The translations under genes were made by a program, and so were the position numbers. Positions 43,001 through 56,830 of a DNA stretch of 64,000 nt are shown piece after piece. Source of the stretch: Leucoraja ocellata (Eukaryota). The stretch covers positions 992,001 to 1,056,000 of the forward strand of contig JAWMAR010000391.1 in NCBI GenBank assembly GCA_036785375.1, read 5' to 3'. Below the pieces are notes generated by a model. The model saw only the letters and a list, made by a program, of their open reading frames with translations, made no database searches and was not told the DNA's origin. How positions within the stretch are numbered: the stretch's first letter is position 1; the number at the start of each line of letters is the position of its first letter.

Positions 43001-45342
43001 GACCTGATTTTTAATTGAGATTTACAGCAGTTTTGAAAAGCACTTCAATACTTAATAGCTTTGTTTCCCCTCCAAGTTGTTTTGGGCCCCTCGTGTTATT
43101 GCAGCAGGAACACGGCGACCATTCTGTTGTTCACTGAATGTATGTTGTACAATAAAACAAGAGGAACAGTAACAGATTATTATATTGCAACTCAGGAGGG
43201 TTATGATCTGTGGTTAGACTACTGCTGCTATGAAGTGTGCAGAGGCAATGCTCGCTGCTCCTCGGGATTTTGCAAAAGTGCCTTCACTTTAAAGAGCCCC
43301 TCTCGCTGCCAGCAATACCCAGCCGGGGAGATGGTATTTGATGGGATCGGTTGCAATCTTCAACCTGGGCACCCGCTCGCAACCTCACCGTCCGTCATCC
43401 AGAAAGCTGCTGCAGTTTATTACAGTTTGTAGCGTTTTATTTGTCTTATTGATCTGAGGGTATTAAACAAATGTGTCTATGATGTGTGGATATGGAAGAG
43501 CAGGGAGAGGGGAGCAGAAATGTGTATTCCAACCACATTTTGGTGGACATACAACAGTGGATTCTATTCATCGTGTCATCTTTAAGGTTGTTAGGGGAGT
43601 ATTTGTTTTTTGGTCACTAGCACTATAAGAGCCTTGGGTACAGGGCCTTCTTGGAATATTCCCTTCCTTACAATGTTTCAGTAACAACTGAAGTCTCGTC
43701 TCGAGCTGAATACAACACACAGCTGCTACAGTTTAGTGGCTATTTAATTCGAGCAATCAAAGACTAATTTCTACTCCTTATCATCCAAATGACCTCAGTC
43801 TTTTCAGCAATAGTACAGATGCTCATTGCGGATATACGTTTCTTATCCTCCACGTTAGCTCCTGTTTGACAAATCTTGTGGGACTGGAGCCTCATCAGTA
43901 CATGGAAAGCCACTTGACTGGTCTGCCCTCCCATAGATAACGTCAACCATTAGGGCTATGGCTTTGCAACCATCGGTCTTATGCCTTTGAGGCAGGCAGA
44001 AACATACCGGAAGGCAAAAGTTGTCATTGGAGAGGATGGGGATTACAAACCCCCACAAAACCATGCTTCAACAGTGCCTGCTCCACTAGAATTATTCCCC
44101 AACTGTTAATATCTCTGCAGAACCATCTTCCATTAGATCTAAACCTCAAGCCAGTTCCAGCTTCACTGCACCTCTGCAGAAACATACCCCAGTAGATCCA
44201 TTCCTCAACGTGCTAAACCCCAGCACTCCAATGTGCAGTTACCCCTTTGAGAAAAGCAAGAAATGAAAGCCACATGTTTTAGTAGATCTCAATCTGTACA
44301 ATAATTGATATTATATTAACCTTGGTGTCTTAAAGGCTTGTGAGACTAAGCTTAAATCTGTTCGTGATCCTGTACAAACTGAAAGCCAAAACGTGCTCGT
44401 GTGTAGGTTTAATAAACACTCATGGTCATGGTCACATTCAAGCTTTTGTTTTTGCAGCAAACAATTTATTCATGGAAATATGAAATGAAAGATCTCTTTA
44501 TCTGAAACGGGCTGCGTGTGCCATGTCAAGTGAAACGGTTGATGCTCCATTGATTCAAAAGATGCTCTAGTTTTCATTGTGTGTTTGCTACAAATCAACC
44601 CTCCACAACATTGAAATCCAATGTCAGATGTAATGTGGTTGTCAACAATGGGACTATCCGAGCAATGTTACCATAGTCATAAAGATATACACCATAGAAA
44701 CAGCCCCATCGGCCCATCTCATCTATGCCAACCAAGATACATTTGGCCCCTATCCTTCCAAACCTTTTATATCTGTGCACTGACCAAATTACCTTTAACC
44801 ATGAGTTTATATACCTCTTAGTGTCAGCTATAAATGTCCTACATTCCAGGGAAAGAAGTCCCAGCTTATCCAGCCTTATAACGCAAGTCCTCCAGTTCCT
44901 GAAACATCTCTTTTGTTCCCTTTCTAGCTTAATGTCATCCTTTTTGCAGGGTGACCAGAACTGCACAGACTGCGTCAGTCTGAAGAAGGATTTCGGCCCG
45001 AAACGTTGCCCATTTCCTTCGCTCCATAGATGCTGCTGCACCCGCTGAGTTTCTCCTGTTCAGGCTGCACCGATTGCAAGTGTCCACCAGGTGGAGGTCT
45101 TCATTTAATAATCATCACCCGATACTTAAGGATTTAATTCCATTTTTTTTCTGAATCGGTGTGACTGACCTTTGGGAGTGTGATTTGTTCTCCCTACAAT
45201 GACAAGTAGACACTGGGTAGAGAGGGGAATAAAAGGATGGAGGGTTTGTTTATCTAAAATTGATACATTTTCTTCCCTGTGCACCGATTTCTTCCTTCCC
45301 CCTCCAGCAACCTCCATTCCCTTCCTCGCGCTCCCTCTTTTG

Positions 45343-45594
45343 TTTGAGAAGGAACTGCAGATGCTGGAAAATCGAAGGTAGACAAAAGCGCTGGAGAAAC
45401 TCAGCGGGTGCAGCAGCATCTATGGAGCGAAGGAAATAGGCAACGTTTCGGGACGAAACGTTGCCTATTTCCTTCGCTCCATAGATGCTGCTGCACCCGC
45501 TGAGTTTCTCCAGCAGTTTTGTCTACATTGCCTATTTCCTTCGCTCCATAGATGCTGCTGCACCCGCTGAGTTTCTCCAGCAGTTTTGTCTACC
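45343..45594. mobile_element. Young fold-back Penelope-pLTR element with a duplicated right arm
   Basis: Hairpin centred on gtttcg-gga-cgaaac (45445-45459); identical 66-bp units at 45461 and 45528. Confidence 0.8.
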
Positions 45595-45657
45595 CTCTAA
45601 ACCTCTTGCCCCCTACTTTAAACCCATGCATTAGATAGATCCTATTTTTTTTACTCC

Positions 45658-46522
45658 TTAAGATACAGCACTGAAACGGGTCCCTCGGCCCACCGAGTCC
45701 ACACCGACCAGCGATCCCCGCACATTAACACTGGGAGAATTTTAATTTACACCAAGCCAATTAACCTACAAACCTGTACGTCCTTGGTGTGTGGGAGGAA
45801 TCAAGATCTGTACTCTGATCAAGAAGGCTCATCAGCGTCTCTTCTTCCTGAGGAGACTGAAGAAGGTCCATCTGTCTCCTCAGATCCTGGTGAACTTCTA
45901 CCGCTGCACCATCGAGAGCTTCCTTACCAACTGCATCACAGTATGGTATGGCAACTGCTCTGTTTCCGACCGGAAGGTATTGCAGAGGGTGGTGAAAATT
46001 GCCCAACGCATCACCGGTTCCTCGCTCCCCTCCATTGAGTCTGTCCAAAGCAAGCGCTGTCTGCGGAGGGTGCTCAGCATCGCCAAGGACTGCTCTCACC
46101 CCAACCATGGACTGTTTACCCTCCTACCATCCGGGAGGCGCTACAGGTCTCTCCGTTGCCGAACCAGCAGGTCGAGCAACAGCTTCTTTTCGGCGGCTGT
46201 CACTCTACTAAACAACGTACCTCGGTGACTGCCAATCACCACCCCCCCCCGGACACTTATTATTATTTATTCAAATCGTTTGCTATGTCGCTCTTCAAGG
46301 GAGATGCTAAATGCATTTCGTTGTCTCTGTATTGTACACTGACAATGACAATTAAAATTGAATCTGATCTGAATCTGAATCTGAAACCGAAGATCTCGGA
46401 GAAAACCCACGCGGTCATGGGGAGAACGTACAAACTCCGTACAGACAGCACCCGTGGTCGGGATCAAACCCAGGTCTCCGGCGCTGTAAAGTAGTAACTC
46501 TACCACTGCGCCACCGTGCCGC
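45658..46522 (-). mobile_element. HE1-like V-SINE split by a LINE insertion
   Basis: Tail at 45658-45800 and head at 46384-46522 rejoin into one SINE. Confidence 0.85.
45810..46383 (+). mobile_element. Young Rex1/Babar-like LINE 3' fragment
   Basis: Open frame KKAHQRLFFLRRL...FYRCTIESFLT.CITVWYGNC...LLPSGRRYRS...NSFF; (TGAATC)n tail. Confidence 0.85.
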
Positions 46523-48299
46523 ACCTGGTATGGGGCCATGTTTCCTGCCGTCCACCCTATCTGTGCCCTTCATCGTTTTGTATTACCTGTGAAAGATCCT
46601 CTCTAAACATCCCCTGATCCAACTAAAACAAATTCCAGGAGATGGAAAATGAGAGGAATTATGTAAGTAAAGCCGTTTGAGAATATATTACTAAATTTTG
46701 ATTTTTATTCTTCTAGCAATGATTTAATATAGTGGTCACCTACACTCAGTCTGAAGAAGGGTTCCGACTTGAAACGTCATGTACTCTTTTTCTCCAGAGA
46801 TGCAGCCTGACCCGCTGAGTTGCTCCAGCATTTTTTTGTCCCTATCTGTGGTATAGTTTAGTTTATTATTGTCACGTAGACTGAGGTACAGTGAAAAGCT
46901 TTTGTTTGCCTGTTATCCAGTCAGAGGTAAGACGATACATGAATACAATCAAGCTGTCTACAGTTGGCACAGATAAAGGATAAAGGGCGCAACATAATTG
47001 CAAAATTATGAAACTTAAATTTGCTCTGTGCAAATGGATAGAGTATAGAATAGGAGATTATATCATGCACGCTGGTCTGAGCTCTGTCAGGGGGAGAGAT
47101 TACCAAGGTGAAGACTGCGGAGATGCCGAGGATGTTCTTAAAGCCTCCTTGGGGCGAGAAATCAATTCATTACCTTCTGGGGATCCAATGGCTACTCAAA
47201 GTGGAGGAAGCATGCAGAAGCCAAACTGAAAGGAGTGCACTCTCTGCCTCCCACACGACTCACCCACCCACACACCCTGCCATGCTCCTTTGCCTGCCTA
47301 TGGCAGTGTCTACAGATCCCACATTAGCCTCATCAGGACCACAGAACTGGGCAGGAGGTAAATCATCCTAGAGGAATGCTTTAGAAGACAGGTAGGCAGC
47401 CTTGCAAAAGAGGGTGACATTGAATTTCTCGGCAAACGTCTTTCTGCTGTTAAATTTCCACTAGGATATTTTTTTCTTCAGTGTTGAAAGCAAAGAAATC
47501 TAAAAAGAACTTTGTTAAATTCTTTAACGACTATCTCCTTTAATCGACGGGGTTTGTACTTTGATTAAATGCTGCGGCTCGTGGAACTTAGTTTAATCAG
47601 CGTGGGAGCCTTTCTACCGATGGACAAACAGACATCGGTTTGGGTAACTGCCAGAGCCGGACGGAGCATTGGTCTGAGTAAGTGTGTGCTTCACATTTGC
47701 ATTCTATGTTGGCTATTGTTTTTCACATCAATATGTTAAATGCCTTCACTTGGTTATTCTTGTGTTGCATCTGCGAAAAGCCCTGGAGAAATTCATCTGC
47801 AGCTGGCAGAAAAATGGACCTGTAGCCAACAAACGGACTTTTATTAGGAATGAATGGATTTTTAGTTCGAGTCCAAAAATAGAAGTGACCAGCAGGAGCC
47901 ACTCGAAACCAGAAGAAGCAAAGTGAAGTGGCAATCTATAAATAAAAACAAAGGCACTTCTATACTCTTGTGAAAACCGGGAACCCATTCAGACCGGCGC
48001 ACAAAAAGCTTCACTTATTATGTGGTTAAGGCAGAAGCAGGTTATTCTAAATGAACAATAAAATTACACGAAGCATTGGTTGGCTTCCAGGGTATCACAA
48101 CTGAGCTTTCTGCATGAAAGTTAAATAGCAATGCGTTGCTAGATGTGCCACTCCATGCTGACACCTCATCAATCGAAGGAGAAGCTTCGGTTGAAGATTA
48201 TATATTTTTCTGTTTAAATATGAAATAAGTGGATCAGTTTTCCAAAAACTATTCCTTATTGGAATTTCAGATTGTACAGAAGGCTATAATAAAATATAA

Positions 48300-48515
48300 T
48301 GCCCCTGTCCCACTTAGGAAACCTGAACGGAAACCTCTGGAGACTTTGCGCCCCACCCGAAGTTTCCGTGCGGTTCCCGGAGGTTGCCGGAGGTTGCAGG
48401 TAGTGGAAACAGGTAGGGAGACTGACAAAAACCTCCGGGAACCGCACGGAAACCTTGGGTGGGGCGCAGAGTCTTCATGGGTTTCTGTTCAGATTTCCTA
48501 AGTGGGACAGGGGCA
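48300..48515. mobile_element. PIF/Harbinger-type MITE, second copy in inverted orientation
   Basis: Same TIRs as 18781-19006; TAA/TTA flanks. Confidence 0.85.
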
Positions 48516-51500
48516 TTAATTGTTAATGGACTCAAAATTAGAACGTAGGCACTGACTAATTACATGAAAGATGTTAAGCTGTCCATTGCCTGCTTTGAAC
48601 ACATTTAGATGGTTTAAAATATACTAGGAACATACATTATTCAAAACTTCCATTGGATCACATAATTGGGAATGAGAGAGAATGCTATTAAAAAACATTT
48701 AATTACTGAGCTAAAAGGGCGAATATATCACTCTGTGTGAGATTTAGTTTTCCACACCAGGAGATCACAGCATCTGCAATCTCCAGGACTGCGGCAGCTA
48801 CAACTGGGTCTACTGGTGAAGATAAAGGAAAAATCATCCAGGATTGCAGTTACAGGAGAATCAGGAATAGACCATGCAGTCTCTTGATCCCTCTCTGGCA
48901 GTCTAGCAGATCATGGCTGAGCCTTTGCTTCAACTCCACTACTCGGTGCTGAGTTTATAGGGGCTGGGAAATTCCTAAATTCACAACCCTTTGCATAAAA
49001 ATATTTCTCCCATTTTCAGTTCTAAATGGCTGATATCTATTCCTGATGATATGCTACGAAGGAACTGCAGATGCTGGTTTAAACCGAAGCCCATTCCTTC
49101 TCCCCAGAGATGCTGCCTGTCCCGCTGAGTTACTCCAGCATATTGTGTCCATGCACTGAATGTATCATGCATTCCAAACCCAACCACTAGAGATGGCACC
49201 TTAGGTCAGTGGTGGTGTCAGTCCTCAGATAGAAGTCAGAAGCTGATGGGTTCAAATCCTGGGCACTACCTCTTTTCCGTACAGTACAGTACTTGGAGAG
49301 TTACTCTCCCTTCAGTGTGATGTCAAATCAAGATTGTTTCTAACCCTCTTGGATCCTATAATACTGTTAAGGAGAGAGCAGCAACCTCACTCTGTGTCTT
49401 GGCTGATAATGACCCCTTGGCCATCATCACTAAAAACTCATTACTTGGTCATTTTCTCATTAATGATTCGAGCTGTGGATGTCATATTCCCCTTTTTTTT
49501 TAAACCATGACCACATTCCAAAGTCCTAGTGACTGTAAATTGCTTTGGGGGCAACTCTCAGCCCATGAAATGCAAATATTGTTTTTCTTTATTAACTTTC
49601 AGTCAGCTTAAGAGATGTCCATCAGTGTGACTACATGTTAACACATCACACATTAAAACATTCATTCAGAAAGGACTCCAGAAGAACAATTGGCACGTCT
49701 TAATATTTAAACAAGCAGGCTAAATGCTAGGCTTTAAGAAATCACAATCGGACATCGTCTTTATAATATCCACTGTCATTATTTATCTGAGACCCGGAGG
49801 AAAAGTTTCAGAGACAAGTTATTAATTTGATTGCAGCAAAGTCCACTTCAGCTTGTTCGGCTGAAAAGGTTTTGAGGTGCCTCGTACAACTGAATCTGTT
49901 GGCATGGCTATTGTGTAAATGGTTTCAGGCATTCCAAATGGATGGAGTTGGCAGGCATCCAACTATGTGAGTCATTAGTTTCATTAACATGTGCAACTGA
50001 CAGTTTCCTCAGCAACAATGTGCATTTATGTAATGCGCTCACCATAAAGACAAATTATCAAAACAATCCACAGCAACGCAATCTAAAGTGGACAGTGAGT
50101 CTTAAAAGGATGGTTGAATAATCGCTTGGATAAATGAACCACACAAAGGAGAAGAGAGCTCTTTACTTTGGAGATGACATTTCAGAATGCAGTGCCAGGC
50201 TTGCTGAAGGCACAAATGCCCATCGTGGGTGAGCTGGAGAGATGTACATTGTTGGAATGGGAGTGGGCAGCTGGAGGAGATGAGAGAGACGAGGAGAATG
50301 AACTCACAAAGCCATTGTAACATGACGACTATTGGAGTGGGTAAGTGGAGTGGGTAAGTGGTAGGTTGATGAGAATAAAGCTGATTTACTCAGAAGACGT
50401 GGACAGGATATAGGCATTAGTGTTCTGAATACTTAAACATTTTGAGGATGGAGGATAAGAGTCTGGATGGGACAGCTTGAAATTGGTGTCCGGATGTAAC
50501 AAAGGTACTTGGGAAGAAGGAATTCAACTCAAATGACTGGGTGGAGAAGAGGCGGCAACGTTATGAAGATGTACACGGGAACTCTTTTCCTGCTGGTGGG
50601 AACAAGATACACTGATACACAGATTGCAAACTGTGTAGTTCGGTGCAAGAACACTACAGTACATCTTCCCTGGAGCAGCACACAGAGTGTACACAACATC
50701 TACACAGTGTATTCCCTCATGCAGTACACATTCCCTGGGCTGGTACACACAGTGTATTCTCTGGGCCAGTGTACACGGTTGCTGCCATGGAGGGAGGGAC
50801 AGGTTGCAACGAGTGGAACAGAGATCCACAATTTACAGGGAGAGGTGCAGAAGGGCTCGTCAGGGAGATGCACATGCCACAAGCAAGATCCTGCAGGGGT
50901 GGATGGGGGCAGAGGGAGCGCCAGGAAACCTACCAGGCCACCATAAGATGAACATTGTAGAAGAGTCCAGTTGTCTCCTGCTGGAAGGAGAAGAACAACT
51001 CGGCAGATAAAATATTACCAGAAACGTTACAACCTCATAAAAAGGTGAGCTGCAGATAATTAAAATGATTAATAACTTGTGTATTTAATCAGCTCCACCG
51101 TGTATCAGGCCCTTGACCTGTGGAGGTTGGTGTTGATGCAGTCAGTCAACCTGCGTGCAATATCCTCTGGAGTCCAGCACTTCAGGTGATGCCACCTCTA
51201 TGGATGAACCAGCCAAACGGTGATCGGAGCCTGACTGCTCAACAAAGCAGGCGAATGAAGAGGCTCATTCCACACTGGCAAAGGAGAATGAACCTCTGAT
51301 TGACTTGTTCATTCCCTGCAGATTCATCCTGCAGCCAGGATCACGTGGTTTGTCCGTGCTCAGCGGCTTCATACACTATGAAAGGTTCTGCACAAACCTT
51401 CTTCCCTGAGGAGGTCCAGTGGCCTCCAACAAATAGTAAGAGGAACAGGTCAAATGATGACCAGGAGTCTCCAGTCACACATCACATGTTGTCTGGCAGC

Positions 51501-52093
51501 AGGGTTTGAGACAGAAATGCCATTTGACAGCAGTGAGGTTGACTCAACAAATCATCTTAGCATAACCCCCTGCTTACCACAATGGGGGCAGGGAATAAAA
51601 TAGTTTGTCCCAGATATACTGGTTGGTAGAAGGGTCTCGATCCGAAATGTCTCCTATTCCCTTTCTCCAGAAACGTTGTCTGACCCGTTGAGTTACTCCA
51701 GCTTTTTGTGTCTATCTTCTTGTCCCAGACATAGCTAGTTGGACAACTACCATCAGTGGTTATCCGTCTCGTATTTCTAAGTCAGAAGAACTGAAAATGT
51801 TCCAAATCTAAAGAAATTGCTGGAAATACACAGCAGGTCAGTCGTGGTTTCACCCTTGCAGAAACCCCCCCCCCCCATCAATCTCCTGCTCTAACAAACT
51901 TCTCTTATCCCTTTCCCAGTAATGACGACTGGTCTGGTCTTTCATCTGAGACATTCACACTGTTTCTATTCCCACAGATGCAGCCTGACCTGCTGGGTAT
52001 TTCATGCATTTTCTGCTTTTTTATCCCTAGTCTGTAGTCTGAAATGGAAAAATTAAAAAATCTGGTATATTCACTCTGAGAATAATGTAAGCA

Positions 52094-52303
52094 NNNNNNN
52101 NNNNNNNNNNNNNNNNNNNNNNNNNNNNNNNNNNNNNNNNNNNNNNNNNNNNNNNNNNNNNNNNNNNNNNNNNNNNNNNNNNNNNNNNNNNNNNNNNNNN
52201 NNNNNNNNNNNNNNNNNNNNNNNNNNNNNNNNNNNNNNNNNNNNNNNNNNNNNNNNNNNNNNNNNNNNNNNNNNNNNNNNNNNNNNNNNNNNNNNNNNNN
52301 NNN
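52094..52303. other. Assembly gap (210 N)
   Basis: Run of n. Confidence 1.
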
Positions 52304-52379
52304 CACCTCTCAAACTACAATCCCCCATACTCAACCACCATTGACTGCCCAAACCGTCCACTTTCCACATAGAGGCTTA

Positions 52380-53660
52380 AGGTTGTACAGCACAGATAAA
52401 GCCCCCTTTCCCCATGATGTCCATAGTGACCTTTTTGCCCCTCTGCAAAAATTCCTTTTGCCTGTATTAGATCTGTTTCCTTCTATGCCTTGACTATTTG
52501 AACGATTGTCTAAATGCATCATAAACATATTATTACATTTGACTTCACCACCTCCACTTTCAGGGAACTTGAACCATGGGTTGCAGTGTTCATCAATATT
52601 CCATGGTGCCCTCCCATTTACTATTGTCCTACTCCTATTTGACTTCCTAAAACATATCACCTTGCACTTGTCAGGATTAAATTGCATCGCCAGTGCTGAT
52701 CTATATGCTGCTGTAGCCTTAGACAGCTTTCCTCACAATCCACAACACCACGAACATTCGAGTGATCCACCAACTTATTGATCATACTTCCTACATTCGT
52801 ATCTCAGTCATTAAAATACATCACAAACAACGAAGGTCCCAGCACTGATTCTTGTAGTACACCAGTGATATCAGACTTCAAGTCAGAGAAGAATCCTTCC
52901 ACCACAACCCCCTGCCTCTTAGAGTCATAGGGCCAGGTTCTTTGGCCCAACTCATCCTTGCTGACCAAGATGTCCCATCCAAACTAGACCCATTTGCCCA
53001 CATTTGGATGGTATCTATCTAAAGCTTACCTATCCATGCACCTATCCAGAAGTCTTTAAAATGCTATTAATGTACCTGCCTCAACCACCTTCTGGCTGCT
53101 CATTCTGTGTACGTATATCCACCTCTCTCTCTCTCCGTGAAAAGGTTGTTGTTGACTATTGGGTATTTGGGGACCACTAGTACATTCCCAACAAGATGAT
53201 CATCCCCTTTTAATTTTTTAGCTCCACCCATACAGATGCAATGGATGAGTATTTGTCAATGTTACCTTGGACTACTGTTGTGATGTTCTCCTTAATCAAT
53301 GAAGCAACACCTCTCCTTTCTTTCTGCTGCCTCTGTCTCACCTGTGACACCTGTACCCTGGAACATTAAGCTGCCAGACCGGTCCCTCTCATACTCATTA
53401 ATGTCCCAGTCCCACATATTTATCGAGGCCCTGAGTCTATCCGCCTTACCTATCCTGTCCGCAGAACTTGTTGCCTTTGTCTTCTGAATCAACTTTGAGC
53501 CTCCCATTTGCCTCACTATTTGGTTTGGATCTTGTTCCCCTGTTCCCCTGTCGATCTAGTTTAAACCCTCCCTAGGAGCACGTTATGGTTTTGGTTCCCC
53601 TTCAGTTCAGGTGCAACCTCTAGAATAGCTCACTTCTGCCCCAGATGAGATCCTAATGGC
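52380..53660 (-). mobile_element. Degenerate CR1-like LINE fragments (endonuclease, RT and tail pieces)
   Basis: MQFNPDKCKVICF; endonuclease N-terminal remnant LRASINMWDWDI; CR1 tails at 52380 and 52920. Confidence 0.65.
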
Positions 53661-55493
53661 CCAAGAGCCAATTATGTATCTTTGTGTTGTTTGACATTAA
53701 ATCTGTGGATCAGGCAGCATCTCTGGAGAAACTGGAGAGGTGTGGTTTTGGGTCAGGATCCTTATTCAGATTTATTATTGGTCTACACTGAACATGTCTC
53801 ACAAATATAGAGTAAGGCAATAGCATGATACACCTTCATCTTGAATTTTAAGCTGATTCCTCTTCATTCCTGTACTTCTCAGTCTTCCAGTCTCAGAGCT
53901 GGCTACTGCTATCCTGTTGTTGTTTTCGTCATCAGTGTTGACTGATCTTCAGGGAGTGCTGCTGGGATATGTGAACTTGTCCACAACTGAAAACCTCTGC
54001 CTATTCACAGGGACGTTTGGTTCTGTGTGGGGGGTGTTTGGTGCAAGTTGTTGCATAACATGAGACTATATTGATTGATCTGCCGTATTTATCTTTAAAT
54101 GATCAATTAGTACGATGGCTTAATCTGAAACACAACTGGAGTTTGTTCATCAGGAATGTGTGTGAACTTCATTATTTTGAAAATATATCCCCTCCATGCA
54201 TTTCCCTCTCCACTGCATGACAATTTGATCAATATATTGTGACATCCATCACTCCTTAATTCACCAATGGTTAAAATGGTGAACATTTGCCAACAATGCT
54301 CAGAAAAAAATGCCATTTTGTGCCGAGGCCAGAGTGCTTCATCAGGAAACTAGAGAATTTGTGCAGGAAGTTATTTAAATAATCCGAATAGAAATTAATT
54401 TAGCATTCTGACAGATACAATAGTAGTGAACTTGCCAAGTAGCATGCAAAGGGAAAATGATCTGGGCTCTCTTAGCTCTCTACTAGTGTAACGTGGTGAT
54501 GTTGAAATGGCGTGGGTATCGGTGACAATGGATTTAGGAGAAGTGTCTCCGCAAGATTCTTGATTACTACGGGTGTCAGAGGTTACGGGGAGAAGGCAGG
54601 AGAATGGGGTTAGGAGGGATAGATAGATCAGCCATGATTGAATGGCAGAGTCGACTTGATAGGCCTATTTCTACTCCTATTCCTTATGACCTTATGACAT
54701 TGGTTTATTGGCTGCCCTTTTCTCAGCTGAAGGATGAAGCTTCCTTGTCTCTCTGCTCGTTTTGTGCAACTGTGTCCAGGTCCCGTCTGCTTTTGCTCCT
54801 GCTGACTTCTGTCACCAGATTAGGCAACAGGATATTGAAGCCTTTGCACCTGTTGGCTCCTGGACTGATGAAGACGTCAGGATCTCTCTTTCAGGAGACC
54901 AGCAGCAATCTCCATCATTACCCCAGTACACACCTGGCCAGAATTGTCAGCGCACTGAGAAATATGGCTGAGATCAGTGATGACCACCTGGAATGAACTC
55001 GTGGACAGGAAATATAGTTACTGTGACCTTTACCTGAAGGTAGCCTTCAGTCAGGCAGGAGAGCATGACCGAAGGTCATCGGCAGGACTTCATCCATCTC
55101 TGTCATTATGGCCTTTGAGCCTGTGAATGCATTGCTCATCAGGGAGGTTCAGGTGCAAACGTGGTGCCCCTGAAGGCTCTCTGTGTGATCTTACAGATGT
55201 ATATTTCAGTGCCTACTGCACTTGGACCCAGAGCCTCCATCTGTCACCTGCCCTACTTATCCTGGAGCCTCCCGTAATGAACTGCTGTCATTAACATTGC
55301 TGTCTGGGATACGATTTGAAAGAGTACGCAGCAGCTAAGGAGTGCCACAAACATGTGTTGGTGATTTCAGCATTCTAGACTTTAAAAGGTGCTTCAGGAA
55401 TTTGTCCTCAGTTCAAAACCACCCATGTGACATCTCCCAAAGTCCGGAAATCAAGAACCTAGCTCCAAGTTCTCCTGAGACTGTTAGACAATG

Positions 55494-55779
55494 GTTTAGT
55501 TTAGTTTAGAGATGCAGCGCGGAAACAGGCCTTTCAACCCACCGAGTCTGTACCGACCAGCAACCCCTGCACATTAACATCATCCTACACACACTAGGGA
55601 CAATTTACACTTAAGCCAATTAACCTACGTCTTCGGAGTGTGGGAGGAAACCAAAGATCTCGGAGAAAACCCATGCGATCACGGGGAGAACATACAACCT
55701 GCGTATGGAATTGGGATCGAAACCGGGTCTCCGGCGCTGCAAGCGCAGTAACGCAGCAACACTACTGCTGCGCCACCGT
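55494..55779 (-). mobile_element. HE1-like V-SINE
   Basis: Reverse complement of 21415-21738; (TTTAG)n. Confidence 0.85.
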
Positions 55780-56559
55780 AAGAAGGTCGTTGCTTGGATT
55801 TATGCAGATGTGGGCTGCCATTTACATTGTACAATTACTAATGTTTTTTGCAATGTGTCTGATGTGAGGAAAAACATCAGGCAGGCTCACCTTAAATTGC
55901 CTGATCTAATTTTATAGTCAACATAATCTAATCCAGAAAAAGTGGCCACTCTAAAATATTTATGGTCCCATTGTGTTGAAACAAAGAGTGTTAAAGTTTC
56001 AATTTCAATGCAATGCGATGGTGCTAAATCAGATGCACAACCTCATGGGTTCTTAAGAGTTTGATAGAACTGACTCTCCATTGCAATTCCTCATTGCCGA
56101 TGTTCTGGTGGGTTTTGTGCATATTGCTCTCTCTGCTCTGAAGGTTCTGGGTTCAAGCCCCACTTCAGGTACATCAACACAACCACCGCTGAGTTTCTAA
56201 TGCCCTAATTGTTCTCTGAGGTGTCATCAAGTGTTCGATGGCACAGTTTGGAAGAAATGGGGAGTTATTTGCTGTGTTCTGGGTAACATTGATCCCTGAA
56301 TCACTAAAACATATACGTAGTTGGGTCATGATCACATTGCTGTCTGCAATAATTGGCTGGGTACAAAGTTGCTGCCTGTATTTTCTACAACAGTGACCAC
56401 AGTCGTTTGTTGCCTGCAGAATGTTCTGTAATTCCATGTAAGTGGAGGCCTCTATTATATACTTTTTACTCTGCAGGTTAGAATAGCAACATGAACTATC
56501 TCATACAATGCAGTATATAATAGCATTACTGTACCTATGCCAAATTGAGGATTTGCCAT

Positions 56560-56830
56560 TGAGATACAATGTGGAAACAGGCCCCTTGGCCCACTGAGTC
56601 CGAGCCAACCACCAATCACCCTGTACACTAGTTCTACCCTATAGTCTACAGACATTTTACAGAAACCAATTAACCTACAAACCTGCACTAATGTAGGTGG
56701 AAACTGGAGCACCCATAGAAAGCTCACAGGGTCAAAGAGAGAACCTGTAAACACCATACAGACAGCACCCCTAGGCAGGATCAAACCTGGGTCTCTGTTG
56801 CTGTAAGGCAGCAACTCTACCACTGTACCA
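56560..56830 (-). mobile_element. HE1-like V-SINE (older)
   Basis: Same layout, more diverged. Confidence 0.78.

Noticed and set aside
43061-43432. 123-aa ORF after the 3' UTR
   Set aside because: Non-ATG start, no recognisable domain and no splice support.
45343-45594. CRISPR-like or miRNA gene
   Set aside because: Eukaryotic dispersed repeat with no repeat-spacer array; the hairpin is explained by inverted pLTR arms and there is no expression evidence.
51905-52370. ORFs containing X runs
   Set aside because: Artefacts of the N gap.
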